DNA of 46,526 nucleotides, the filler included, from Jimgerdemannia flammicorona (lineage: Eukaryota), in the NCBI GenBank assembly GCA_003990765.1. It is 2 parts of 2 records of this genome, joined end to end, with 100 filler letters (N's around TTAATTAATTAA, not from the genome) between each part and the next. Parts side by side here need not be neighbours in the genome. Positions count along the whole stretch, not along the records: positions 23,315 to 46,526 come from RBNJ01001139.1; 1 more part is not named here. One strand, 5' to 3'. The notes beneath the pieces were generated by a model. It did not search any database. It saw nothing but the letters and a program-made list of their open reading frames with translations, and was not told where the DNA came from. This document shows positions 35,321-46,526 of the stretch, piece after piece. A program made the position numbers and the translations under genes. Each line of letters starts with the position of its first letter. Position 1 is the first letter of the stretch.

Positions 35321-36011
35321 AAGCGATCGTTGATGGGAGGCCTTATAAAATCGGTTTGGACGAAAGCATGACTGTCACAAATCTGCGGGAGAGGGCTATT
35401 GTGGTGTGCGACAGAGGGAGCACTTCATGCTGCAATGAGTGTAAAAAAAAAAAAGAGTTCGTTGATAGTATTTGAGGAAGACCTAGTAGCAGATAGAACT
35501 GGCTCAGTGACATTTGGATAAGGCTCTTGGAGGACGATTGACAGCAGAGAAACTATTAAACCCCTGTCTCGCTTTTAACCTATACCATCAGGTGGAGCCT
35601 TATTCATCCTGGAGTAAAGAATTAAATAAAATAAATAAAATGCTAATGATGTCACACCAAGACTATGTTTGGGAAACGACATGGCTGGTGCGGATATGTT
35701 GTCTAACTATAATAGGTGTTCTGTCGGATTTTAGCCATATATAGGCGGCCACTTTTTTAGTATGACTAAAAATAAAAGTGGTCATATCAAGATGAGATCG
35801 AGCATCACAAATTTATCCGATTCCTGGGATTCCTCTAATTATTCTAATTGTGGTTAGCAATGACGATCAAACGCACACGATAACATCACAGCACGTCGAA
35901 AACATCGACGTCGACATTCGCTTAAATACCCTGCTTCGTAATCCTTTGGTTTGCCTTGTCAGCTTTCGTACACTAAATTTGTTTTGACTCGTCAATCGCT
36001 CACTCCGTAAA

Positions 36012-36862
36012 ATGCTCGCTCCATCGCATATCTCCAAGACAGTCTTGCCCGATGACGAAGACGGGCTTGGCTCGATTTGGATAACTGAGGCGACGGTTCC
36101 GGATCTCAATGAATGGTCGGTGGAAGCGAGAGCTGCATTACTTTCGCAGGAGGTATGTAATAAATTACCTCCAGTATTCCCTTTTCAATGCTTCAATGTA
36201 GCGAGACCCCATGCAGCCCGCCGTCTATGTATTATGTTTCAAAGGGCGAAATCGCGCCTGCGAGAGAGCGCGAAAGGTTAATCCTCGCAGATGAGACCGT
36301 TCTATTTAGGATACAGTTTAACATGAGAGAAAAGAAACTCAAGAGTAGCGTATAGCTGCTGTGCATTTTCAAGAGGAAGTCCGTACAAAAAATTAAAAAA
36401 AAAAACGCACGAGGAAAATAAATGGGTCATGATACATAATTTCACTCAGCTTACCTTAAAAATTTTGCCCCTCGAACTGACCAGAACCATATCGCAGTTC
36501 CACCACTCTCTGCCGTTTTGTCCCGCCCTGAAGAGATCCTCACTTTCCTCGCATTCGAGCAACCGCCGGGTTCCAATGTCGACCCCCTCTTGACTACCAA
36601 TGCCACCTACTTGGATCCGGATCTCCAAGGCTACTTCGCCTCGGCCGACTTCGCCCGGTTGGAGCACGAACTCAATGGACACGGCATGCTTGAATTTGAC
36701 GCTGAAGTTCGTAATCTCTGGTCGTTGCCCAACAATGAAGGATGGATCACTACAGCCAAGCTCGCCGCCGTAGCCTTGCTGGACGTCGTTGTCGGCGGGT
36801 TATTGAGCGTCCGTGAGTCATTGGTGACGAACTATATGCCGCATGACGATACTGCGGGATAA
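36012..36862 (+). CDS. Possible small spliced hypothetical gene
   Basis: ATG 36012 frame ends at a GTATGT donor (~36152); coding-like GC-richer segment ~36500-36862 followed by AATAAA. No recognisable domain. Confidence 0.3.
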
Positions 36863-39659
36863 CGAATTCGCCGAGCCGGTTGATTACGTTCGAAATCGTT
36901 TGGGATCGTGCATACGATTGTTATAATGTGTCAATTCTTGTAATAAATCACATGCAACAATCCCAACAGAAAATTTTTCTTCACATATGATACGCCCACA
37001 GCTGATTTAACACTCGCGCTTATACCTTCGCGAACATTTGCATTTTAAAAATTTCCGTGAATACTTTCACTGTTATACATGACAACGTAAACAACTCCTA
37101 AACAATTCGACTCCACGCGCCGGTGCCGTACGAGGAACAAGCACACGTTCATAGTGCGCCTTCGCCTTACAGGTGGTTTCGGCGTGTGAAACTATCGACG
37201 TCTTGACATTAGTAATGGTCGCCGGGACGGATATTCCTTTCAAAAAGATGGAGATGCCGTTCTGGTGCAACATGCCCTGATACCAATTCGACTGATTTCG
37301 ACTTTCAAGTCCCTCTGTTTAATGGATCACGCCCATATGACTCACGTAGCCACCATGGCTAGCCTTTAGGGGGTTTAGTTTTATATTTTTTTTAAAAAAA
37401 AAAAGAAAAAAAAGAAAAGAAAAAACAAAAAAGAAAAAGAAAAAGAAAAAGAAAAAAGAAAAAGCTTTATGAAGTGAGGCGGTGATTGGCACTTGCACTA
37501 CAGAGTATAGCGAAGAATCCCGCGAAAACATGCTTCAAAACAAACGTATTGAGCATCGATAACATGAAAAGTTACATTTTGTAACGCTCTGCATCTCCGT
37601 TAACCAACCTTTGAGGTAGCATTATCAATACATTGTCACACTCAAGGCGTACGTGCCCAGAAAATGCAGATTCTGTGACGGAAACTTAAGTGCTGTGAAC
37701 TGTTCTGTGAACAAATCCACGGTCGGACATATGCGCCGTGGCGCGCATGCTATTCCGTATGTCCGAGCAGTCGACGGAGATAACCTTTCCGTATATCCTT
37801 CCTCCTTTATAGTTAGCCAAATTGTACGGACCCGTAGAGGCCGTAAAGACCCTACGAGAAATAACTATAAATCGCTGTGCATCCTTACCGACAGCTCTGA
37901 CATACACATGATAAGTGGTTTATTGAGGAATATTGCAGCAATCCGGATATCGACGACGTGTGGCAGTGAATCAGTTCGCCGTAGACTAACTCAACAGGGA
38001 TAGATGTATGTAGGGAGGTGGGAAGGTGCGAAACATGATGTTGCTAATTACTATGTTGCAAACCAAACGAAGTAATCGAGTCGAGGAGTATGGGCGGTTA
38101 CACAAGATTTGACTCGTACCTCCAAGGGCCGAGTTTTAGGATTCAATAAAAGCCATTGAAAGTAAAATATATGCCCGATATCACTTTCCTTTGATAGATA
38201 ACAAGTTCCGCGAGAATTTCCTTTCGCCGGGGTTAGATATTTTTGCATTCATTATTTTTATCTATTTAATAGTCGCATCTATTCACTCACACAACCATCC
38301 TAATATTGGCTTTCTCAAACGTTTTTGTGTTCATCCTTCACCGGTCCTCCGAAAAACTGGTACATGTATACTTCGGAATTAAATCTATAAGGGCTTAAAC
38401 ATGACCTCTCCACAAATATCGATCGTCTTTTTTGGTTGAAGGGGAGAATAATTTATATTTGATTTCTTGTGGGTGTCCGAAACCGTTGCCTCTCGATGGC
38501 GTTACCACCAAATAGCGAGTCGTTGGTGGTGAATAACTTGCCGTGCGAGTAGCAGATTCGTCGGATTCTCTGAGTAGAGTCTATGTCCATCCGTTGTCGC
38601 GGGTTGTCATTGATATTGATTGTTTATATACCGATTGTGAATAAGCTGGGTGTTCTGTGCTATTAAATATTACTTTCACACTCATCATTTTTTTTTTTTT
38701 TTAATAAACATACGGAGCGAATAAAGCGATGTCAACGACCTCGATGCTCGGATGTGCTGTTATGTAGTAATGATACAATTGAACTTGCGCCAACTCCCGA
38801 TACCGTTGCGGTTTTTTCCTCAATTCGCGTCGTAGTAGATACCCGTCTTTCGCGAAGGCAAAAAGTTCAATAAATTTAACGGGTTAGTGTGTGCTACGTA
38901 CTCTTATATTGAGTCAATTTCAGGCGCAGTCGGGTAAAGATCTGAGATTTACAGAATGCTTTTTGGATAGAATTCGACTTAAAATTTTGATTAAGTGCAT
39001 TATCAAGGCAATCGCCAAGACTGAAAGGTATTTAGTGTAGCATGTTTGGTTGTTATTTGAAGTTGATATTCCCTTTTTTCATGCCAACGGTGTGCTTTAG
39101 CTATAGATGATAATTTGATATCTGTGACACGAACAAATTTCACACTTTGGTGCTAGCGTGAGAACGTGATTTTTAAAAAAAAAAAAGTCGAGCGCTGTGG
39201 ATGGATATTACAAAGAAATCTATAACTGAGCCGTGTCAAGAATGCACAGATTACATTCACTCATATTTTAACTACTGAATTGATTTGTACGATGATATGC
39301 GTGTCAGCGACGAGGATGTTTGATGAGCAGAATGAATAGTTATTGGGAAGAGAATTTTATAGTATCTAAGGACGAAAAGGAACAAGACAAGGCAAGATGA
39401 AACGAACCCATGCATGGCAAAATGAAAAGATGCAATGCCTTACAAAATGATAAGGCAAGAAAAAGGAGCAACATAAGGCGGGACAAAGAGGATAAAGAGG
39501 ACAAAGAGCAATTGGCCGTCATCTCGAATCGTTCGAGTGATTATTTACAATGAAAGATGCATTACTAAACCCATAAAAATTTTGATGTGAACGAGAAGCT
39601 TGTTCGGGTGGTTATGACAACTGAGTCGCGTTGTTGCAACTGTGGATCCCATTGCTTGG

Positions 39660-39716
<57 letters not shown>

Positions 39717-40815
39717 GAACACCTGACCTTTTCGAGAGATCTGGCGGCTATTGGTTGATGTGGTCAAGATTCAATGAAACGTAAATCGAACCCAGGTTAT
39801 GCCAATTAAGCCAGATGGCGGAACTCGTCCACCTGCAAACTCGAGGAACGTCTAATAATTTCAAAATTGACACTTTCCAACCTGTATTGAATTTATACCA
39901 TTACCCATTCTTCGGAAGGATAATCATTTCCCGTAGGGATAAAGATTGACACAGAAAAATTTAGACTACACCGCTCTTACGCAATTATTATTTTTTTTTT
40001 TTGACGTGCCATTAACAATGAGGTAATTGAGATCATACTCACCCACACATCTACACTGGTACATCCTCTACCGCGACCAATAATTATTCCCTTACAGCTG
40101 TCTCGTCATCCGCTAAAATGGTTAGAATACCCAAATCTCCCACGGGTGGCTATATTAACCGAGGGATAAATGCACATGCAAGTACACCGTTGACGCTGTG
40201 GCCAACCGTTGACATTGAATATTCTGTTAAAAAATTTCGATTTATCTCCATAATACCGATGCACCGAAAAAACGTATACTGAATAACGTAAAATGCTTAA
40301 TCCCAAGATTTAAATGCTGAAGCATCCGTCATTGGCATTCACGAAGGCGGAATAAACAGATATTATTAGCTTATCCACTTCCAACCTGTCTTTTGGAGCT
40401 GGTTTAATTTACGGATGCAAGGTTAGCGGTGGGTCTGGCGGAATGAGATAAGAGCTTGTGGCCCGATGAAGATATGCTTGTGGTTCGGAGCCGGCAGTCT
40501 TTGAAAATGTAACTGGTGTTTTTGGAATATAATAAACATTAAAAGCACGGAAAGCGGGCTGCGAAGGAGCAGTGAAAATGTCAGTTAGTACATCAAAGGA
40601 TATTGCTGGAAACCAATCGTAAGACATATTCTGATAGAAATGGATGCACGAATTCGGTTATCCACTTGGGGTGTGATTTGTTACTACATCGAATTTATGG
40701 TTTCGCTTTCTTATATACTTGACACACAAACATGCCATCAACGTACATATATACAAACGGGTCTGCTCGATGATGCAACCCTGGCATATTTACACGGCTA
40801 ATCCTACACATCGAT

Positions 40816-41630
40816 CTAAACGACATTGACAAGGCACTTAGCCGCGGCATAGTCGCAGCAGGCGTCTTTGTTAGCACAATATGCGATGTCGCAATCCTCA
40901 CATATATTGGCTGCCACATGTTTGCAGTTCTCATATGCCACGTTATCACAAAACTGATCGGCATTGTTGAAAGCGGTGCTGGAGTTTACCACGCAGGAGC
41001 CAGGTGCCGTAGTCATAGAGGTAGCCGGCGCCATAGCCGTAGCAGTCGTATGGAGCGCAAGCACCGTAGCTGTAGGAATAGCCACCACCGCGCTTGACCT
41101 TCTTGTTGATGGCGTTGAAGCAGTTGAGCTTGCTATCCTTGGAGCATGCGTCGTTGTTGGCGCAGTAGGAGGCATCGCAATCCTTGCAAATTTCGTAGGC
41201 TTCGTGTTCACAGTTTTTGTGCGCCACATAGCTGCAGTATTGGTCGGTATTATTTCACGCCGCATTGGAGCCCACCACGCACAAGTCGTAGGGGCCACAG
41301 GTTCCACAGGCGCCGAAGCCATATGGGTAGCCGGCGCCATAGCCGTAGCAGTCGTATGGAGCGCAAGCGCCGTAGCTGTAGGGATAGCCACCACCGCGCT
41401 TTATCTTGTTGATGACGTTGAAATAGCTGAGCTTGTTATCTTGGAGCATGTGTCGTTATTGGCGCAGTAGGCGGTATCACAGTCCTTACAATGTTGCAGG
41501 CTACGTGTTCACAGTTTTCGTACGCCACGTTGTTCAGCGTTGTTGCACGCTATGTCATAGTTTACCGCACAAGCGCCGTATGGGTAGCCATAGGCGCCGA
41601 ATCCTTCGTAGGTGTAACAAAGTGTCCTTT
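40816..41630 (-). pseudogene. Cys/Tyr/Gly-rich tandem-repeat precursor (3 units of ~85-105 aa separated by KR), disrupted
   Basis: Units read KR-GGGY(P/S)YSYGACAPYDCYGYGAGY...NN.DQ.C..VA..NC.H.A..IC.DCD..YCAN.D.C...FN.INK; about 4 frameshifts and one in-frame TGA (41255-41257); 5' end abuts the Gypsy RT at ~41686. Confidence 0.8.
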
Positions 41631-41685
41631 GCGTAAAATACGAAGATGTGAACCGTAAAATGTAAATGTGAAATGAAGCGGATGG

Positions 41686-43800
41686 CCCTATACTTATTGT
41701 ACCCAAAAAAGAAAGATGGAGACTCTATATAGATTACAGAAAGCTCAACTCAGTGATAGAAAAAGATGCTTATCTTTTGCCCAGAATTGATGATCTCCTA
41801 GACTAACTACAGAATACCAGATACTTCAGCAGTATAGATCTTTTTACAGGATTTCATGAGATCTCTATGGACTCTGAAGAAATTCAAAAAACAGTCTTCC
41901 TTGCTCTAGGAAAACCGTTTAAATACCTCTGAATACTCTTTGGACTCTGCAATACACTCCCAATCTTCCAAAGGATGATGAACACAGTTTATGCCTCTAC
42001 TGATCAACTATTGCCTGATTGTCTATATGGATAATTCCAACATTTATTTGGCAAATTTTAAAGAACATTTATAATATCTAAAAGAGTTCTTTCAACTCAT
42101 TCAAAAGAACTACTTGAGACTCAATACTAAGAAATACTACTTTGGAAAACAGAAACTTAAATTTCTTAGATTTGCAGTCTCTAAAGAAAACTGAGAAGAT
42201 AAACAACTGGTCAGTACTTAAGACCCCAAAGGAAGTACTATTCTTCCTAATACTAGTATCTTATTATAGGAGATTTATTAAGAACTTTATCCAAATTACT
42301 ATACTAATTCAAACTCTTCTTAAGAAAGAAGTACTATATAAATGAAAAGAACTATATAAACTTACCTTTAAAGAATTCAAGCACTATATAACTATAGTAC
42401 CAGTTTTTATATAACCCAACTTATAGAAGCTATTCATCTTATATACAAATATCTTCAAAGATAATCTTAGAGTAGTCTTAGCCCAAGAAGGATCTGATCA
42501 GTAGTACTATATAATAACTTATATAAGCAGAGCTATTAATAAGCAGCAAGCCAACTATAGCAGCACCAAATTGAAATATTTTATAATTATATAGACAGTC
42601 ATTCTATTTAAGTATTATTTTATCACTCTGATAACTGACTATACTACTCTCAAATAGCTATTCAACTATAAGGAATCTATCAGAATTCTTGTCTACTAGA
42701 TCCTAATTCTACAAGATTACAAAATTACTATTATTTACAAAGCAGAGAAAGTTTATAACAATATTGATATATATTTCTATCAAAACTAATGAATTATAAG
42801 AAGAGTGTGTCTCAGAACTATACTTTAAAGAAAGTTTTCATGATTATCAAAGAGCAAGAGGATCTCATCTAATAAGAACATTAGAAGGCCTATCAAGGAT
42901 AGATTAATATAGAAGAAAAGCTATAAAAAATATACTAATACTAGTTCTATCTTTGAATATAAGTCAGAGATATATATAAGAGATATAATATCTATCAGAA
43001 GTATTAAGAAAAGAAGAATTATTAAGCATTGCTATAACTAATTATATATATCACCTATCTACATCTTCTAAAGACAGAAAGTAGATATTATTAGATACTT
43101 ATAGTTATATAAAGAAGAAATAAATATATTTTAGTATTCATAGAATATCTGACTAAATGATCAGAAGTCTTCTCTATTATATATATATAAATCTTCAGAA
43201 GAACTTACCTCTGACTGAGGTACAAAATTTATTAATAAGTTAATTATAATTTATATATAAATTTACAAGAGCTATCTGAAATAAACTATATCATACTATC
43301 CTCAAACTGACAGAATGACAGAGTGAATAAACCAGACTATCAAGAATAGACTTATCTAAGTTAACTCTACTAATTGAAACCTCTGCTTACCTGAGATCTT
43401 ATGGAATATTTAAACACTCCTGTAATCTTTACTAAATAAAAGTCATTCAAAATGATATTTACTAAAAAAGCCAGAACTGCTAACTATGAAACCCTTAGAG
43501 AACTCCTAAAAAAGACAGAAATAATTACAAAATCAAGCCTGAGCTCAGATAATTAAGGCTTAAGAAAAGTAGAAGAAATATTATAACCAAAAGTAAAAAG
43601 ATCAGAAGATCAAAATTAGTAATCAAGTTAAGTATAAACAAAACTAATTTTGCTACTAAATTGGAACTCAAATAGAAAGGAATTTATCTTATATATAATA
43701 TCAGAGAAACTAGTATCTATATAAGAAATACAGATAGATAAACCTTGAAAATACTAGTATATATCAATTATTTTAAGATATATCTACCATAAGTATAATA
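41686..43800 (+). mobile_element. Decayed Ty3/Gypsy pol (RT-RNase H-integrase), 5'-truncated
   Basis: [70 protein letters not shown] (42021), FL.LVSYYRRFIKNF, integrase YYPQTDRMTE (~43290). Confidence 0.92.
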
Positions 43801-43950
43801 AATCAGAGAATTGACCAGTATCTCTAGACTCTTGTCCTCAGCTCTCTTCACAGTTTCAAGAAGCTTAAGAAAACTATATTCAATAAATTCAGATATATTA
43901 GAAGAATCTCACTATTATATAATATTTACTATAGGTCTATCAATTATAGG

Positions 43951-44553
43951 TAGTGCTCCAAACAAGTTGATTAAAATGAGATTCAAATTCTATCCAGATC
44001 AACTCAGATAAGATTTGAATCCCATCTGAATCAATTCAAACCAACTATTGTTTTGATTTCCAAATTAGACAATTAAATATTTACATCAATAACTCAATGA
44101 ATAATCATCCAATTTTGATAATCTTAATATCATTTGAAAGCTCTTAATAAGGTCTTTCTAATGATACCAAGAAAATTAAAATCAGATTATGCATTGCTGA
44201 GATATTAAAGAAAATGGTCTTTTGACATAATTTCCAAAATTAACAAGTTAAATAATTTCTGAAATCAGCAAGTCAGATATTTTCCTTAATAACTCAATAA
44301 TGTATAATCCTATTTCAATGATCTTGGTATCATTAGAAAGACCTTATTAAGGATATTCAAATGACTCTAAGATCATCAAATTTAGATAATTATTCATCAA
44401 GTTATTGATATAAACATTTAATTGTCTAATTTGGAAATTAAAACAATAGTTAATCCAGATGAGATTTGAATTCTATTTGAGTTGATCTGGATGAGATTTA
44501 ATCAAAATCAATCTGAATCTAATCTAGATTAAATTGACTTATTAAGAGTACTA
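43951..44553. mobile_element. Non-autonomous hAT-like foldback element (MITE), ~600 bp
   Basis: Termini TAGTGCT / AGTACTA; long inverted arms (CTTAATAAGGTCTTTCTAATGATACCAAG at 44143 is the exact reverse complement of 44323-44351); 8-bp TSD ATTATAGG (43943-43950) / ATTACAGG (44554-44561). Confidence 0.85.
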
Positions 44554-45349
44554 ATTACAGGTCTACTATATAATTAGAGAATCTTTCAATATTAGAGCAA
44601 GTCTATATATTTAAGAAACTCTACTAATCTGACTCAAAGAAATAATACTATAGCTAATAAGCTCTATATAATATATAAAAGAAACCCTCCAGCCCTCACT
44701 CAGACTTAATTAAATCTAGGAGATATATGATAAATAAGTGAAATTATCTATTAGTTTATCATCAATAGTATTGAAATACTATTCTTTAGAGAGAAAGAAG
44801 AGTCTCTTAAATAGAGTAATCCAGATATAGAAGGAGATAATAGTATAGATATAGATACTGAGAATATCTATAGATATTGAAATATGTAATAACTAAAGAA
44901 TAGTCTAAGAACAGACTATCTTTTAGTGAGAGCTGATATAATGAGCAAACATTATAGTATAGCCAGATGATATATATATAAATAGAATATATACTTAGCA
45001 TAGTTATCTCACATAGTTACTCTTTATACTATTAATAATATAAATAACCTAATATACTAAATTAGAATAAATATATTTATACTCTAAAATACTATTCATA
45101 TTCTGGAATACTATTTCTACTCATAAACAGTAGATTATATATTTCTAAATTAGTATTACTATATATTCTATAATTATTCAGATAGTAATCAGATAGCAAC
45201 TATACTTATATAAAATATCCCAAAGATTTAAATGAATAAACCTTAGTCTGAAAAGTTCAAAAAGTAAAAGTCAATTATCTGGTACACTTAGGAGAAGAAC
45301 ACCTATCAATGAGCTAATATTAAGAAGTTATAAGCTTTCTTTTCTACCA

Positions 45350-46500
45350 GACCCTTTCTCTGCTACCTTACTGATCACAATAGTTTGGTAGGCAACCTTC
45401 TGAGTCCTCTATCCATGTTTATTACCCCCTCTACCTCAGGTTGGTTTGCTGTACCTATTGCAGGGCAGTGGGAGGGAGGCAATGGTGATGAGTTGCCTCT
45501 TTATTGGTGTCAGATTGATGTCTTCTCCACTTTTTCACAGTTTTTGGTGCCTTCAGCTATATCTAGAGTGCATCTGTTTTGGTGCAGTGCCTCCTTCCTT
45601 TTTCTATTGCCAACAAGGTATTGTCTCAGTGTATCTTAGACTATATAGAGAGTCGGCTGACCTTGGGCATCAAGTGCTCAGTGTAGGTTACCTGCAGGTC
45701 CTTGGTACCTGTAGTGGAGCTCTCTGGCTTTGGCAAGCTTCCCAGCAAGTATAGTTCTGATGTAGGTGACTGCTTTTTGGATGTTGTTGGGATGGGAGGG
45801 GAGATGGCCATCACAGATAGGAGAAAGGGTAATAATAGTGAACCAGTAGAGTGCCAGACTGGGGACAGTTATCAGGACTGGGGCAGGTACTGCTTTGGTG
45901 GACCTTTTGATTGGTGTGGCATGGTTAGGTGATAGGTATCACTCTTGGCTTCTTTTGGTGAGTTGGCAGGTTGGGCCCCAGTTATCAGGAGGGGTTGAGG
46001 GGTCTGAGGCTACCCATTTCAGGTATCTTGGCTGCCAAGAGCTGACATAGCAATGTGATTGAGGCCTATAGGCTTGAGTAGTGGGGTATTGGGGTCTTCT
46101 CTCATCTTATGTGTAAGTCCTTTACTCACCTCGACTGGGAGAACCAGGCCCTACCTACTATATTGTACTTTGATGAGAGTTTTTCTTTGCCTGTCATTCT
46201 CTTTGGGGTGGCAGGGGCTATTCTATTCAGCTTGGGCATGACCTTGTACATATATTAGGTTCTTGGGCATACACTTTCAGTTGTTGGTGTATGGTTGGGT
46301 TTCCTCTGGTGGTAGGGAGAGTATGGTGTACAGAATGAGGTGCAGGCCACCATAGGTCCTGCTGCACCTGGCATGGTCAAGCTGCTGGACAATAGCTAGC
46401 CTAGGTTAATGGGAGGGCAGTGCTTGATGGGTGGTGGGGGAGGGTTTTGGCCTATATAGTCTAGGTTCTCTTCTAATAAAAATCCACAGGATATTGAGTC
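45350..46500. mobile_element. CpG-depleted repeat relic, probably retroelement-derived (minus-strand gag-like?)
   Basis: Moderate GC content but almost no CpG, like the other TE relics; no intact motif recognised. Confidence 0.4.
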
Positions 46501-46526
46501 CATTAAAAAAAAAAAAAAAAAAAAAA

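Noticed and set aside
36900..40700. Scattered short ORFs and poly-A/T tracts
   Set aside because: No recognisable motifs; the poly-K/poly-F translations come from homopolymers; treated as intergenic or decayed sequence
41255..41257. In-frame TGA at a position that is Cys in unit 1, as possible selenocysteine or readthrough
   Set aside because: The gene also has several frameshifts, unit 3 has Phe at this position, and no SECIS was recognised; a simple nonsense mutation is more parsimonious

Overview
Eukaryotic genomic DNA from a fungus. Short GT-AG introns, poly-A/T tracts, expanded TKL-type kinases and CpG-depleted Ty3/Gypsy relics suggest an early-diverging Mucoromycota such as Endogonales; this is inference, not a confirmed identification. 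The left half (1-23.2 kb) is gene-rich and CpG-rich. It holds a secreted PTGTE-repeat protein, a 4-exon mitochondrial-type PPR protein and an intronless ~2100-aa coiled-coil protein with an NLS and a C-terminal CaaX (CAQQ). It also holds two tandem PA-TM-RING E3 ligase paralogues and TKL-like kinase fragments. An artificial 100-bp scaffold spacer lies at 23215-23314. The right half is mostly nested, decayed LTR retrotransposons. One family carries a conserved extra ORF after integrase (3 copies), and one copy also has a dUTPase before RT. There is also a gag/zinc-knuckle element, an hAT-type foldback MITE with an 8-bp TSD, and a pseudogenised Cys/Tyr/Gly-rich tandem-repeat precursor with KR (Kex2-type) sites. 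Best candidates for novelty: the farnesylatable giant coiled coil (CENP-F/Spindly/lamin-like architecture), the KR-separated repeat precursor, the dUTPase plus ORF3 Gypsy family, and RIP-like hypermutation. Exon boundaries were placed by eye.
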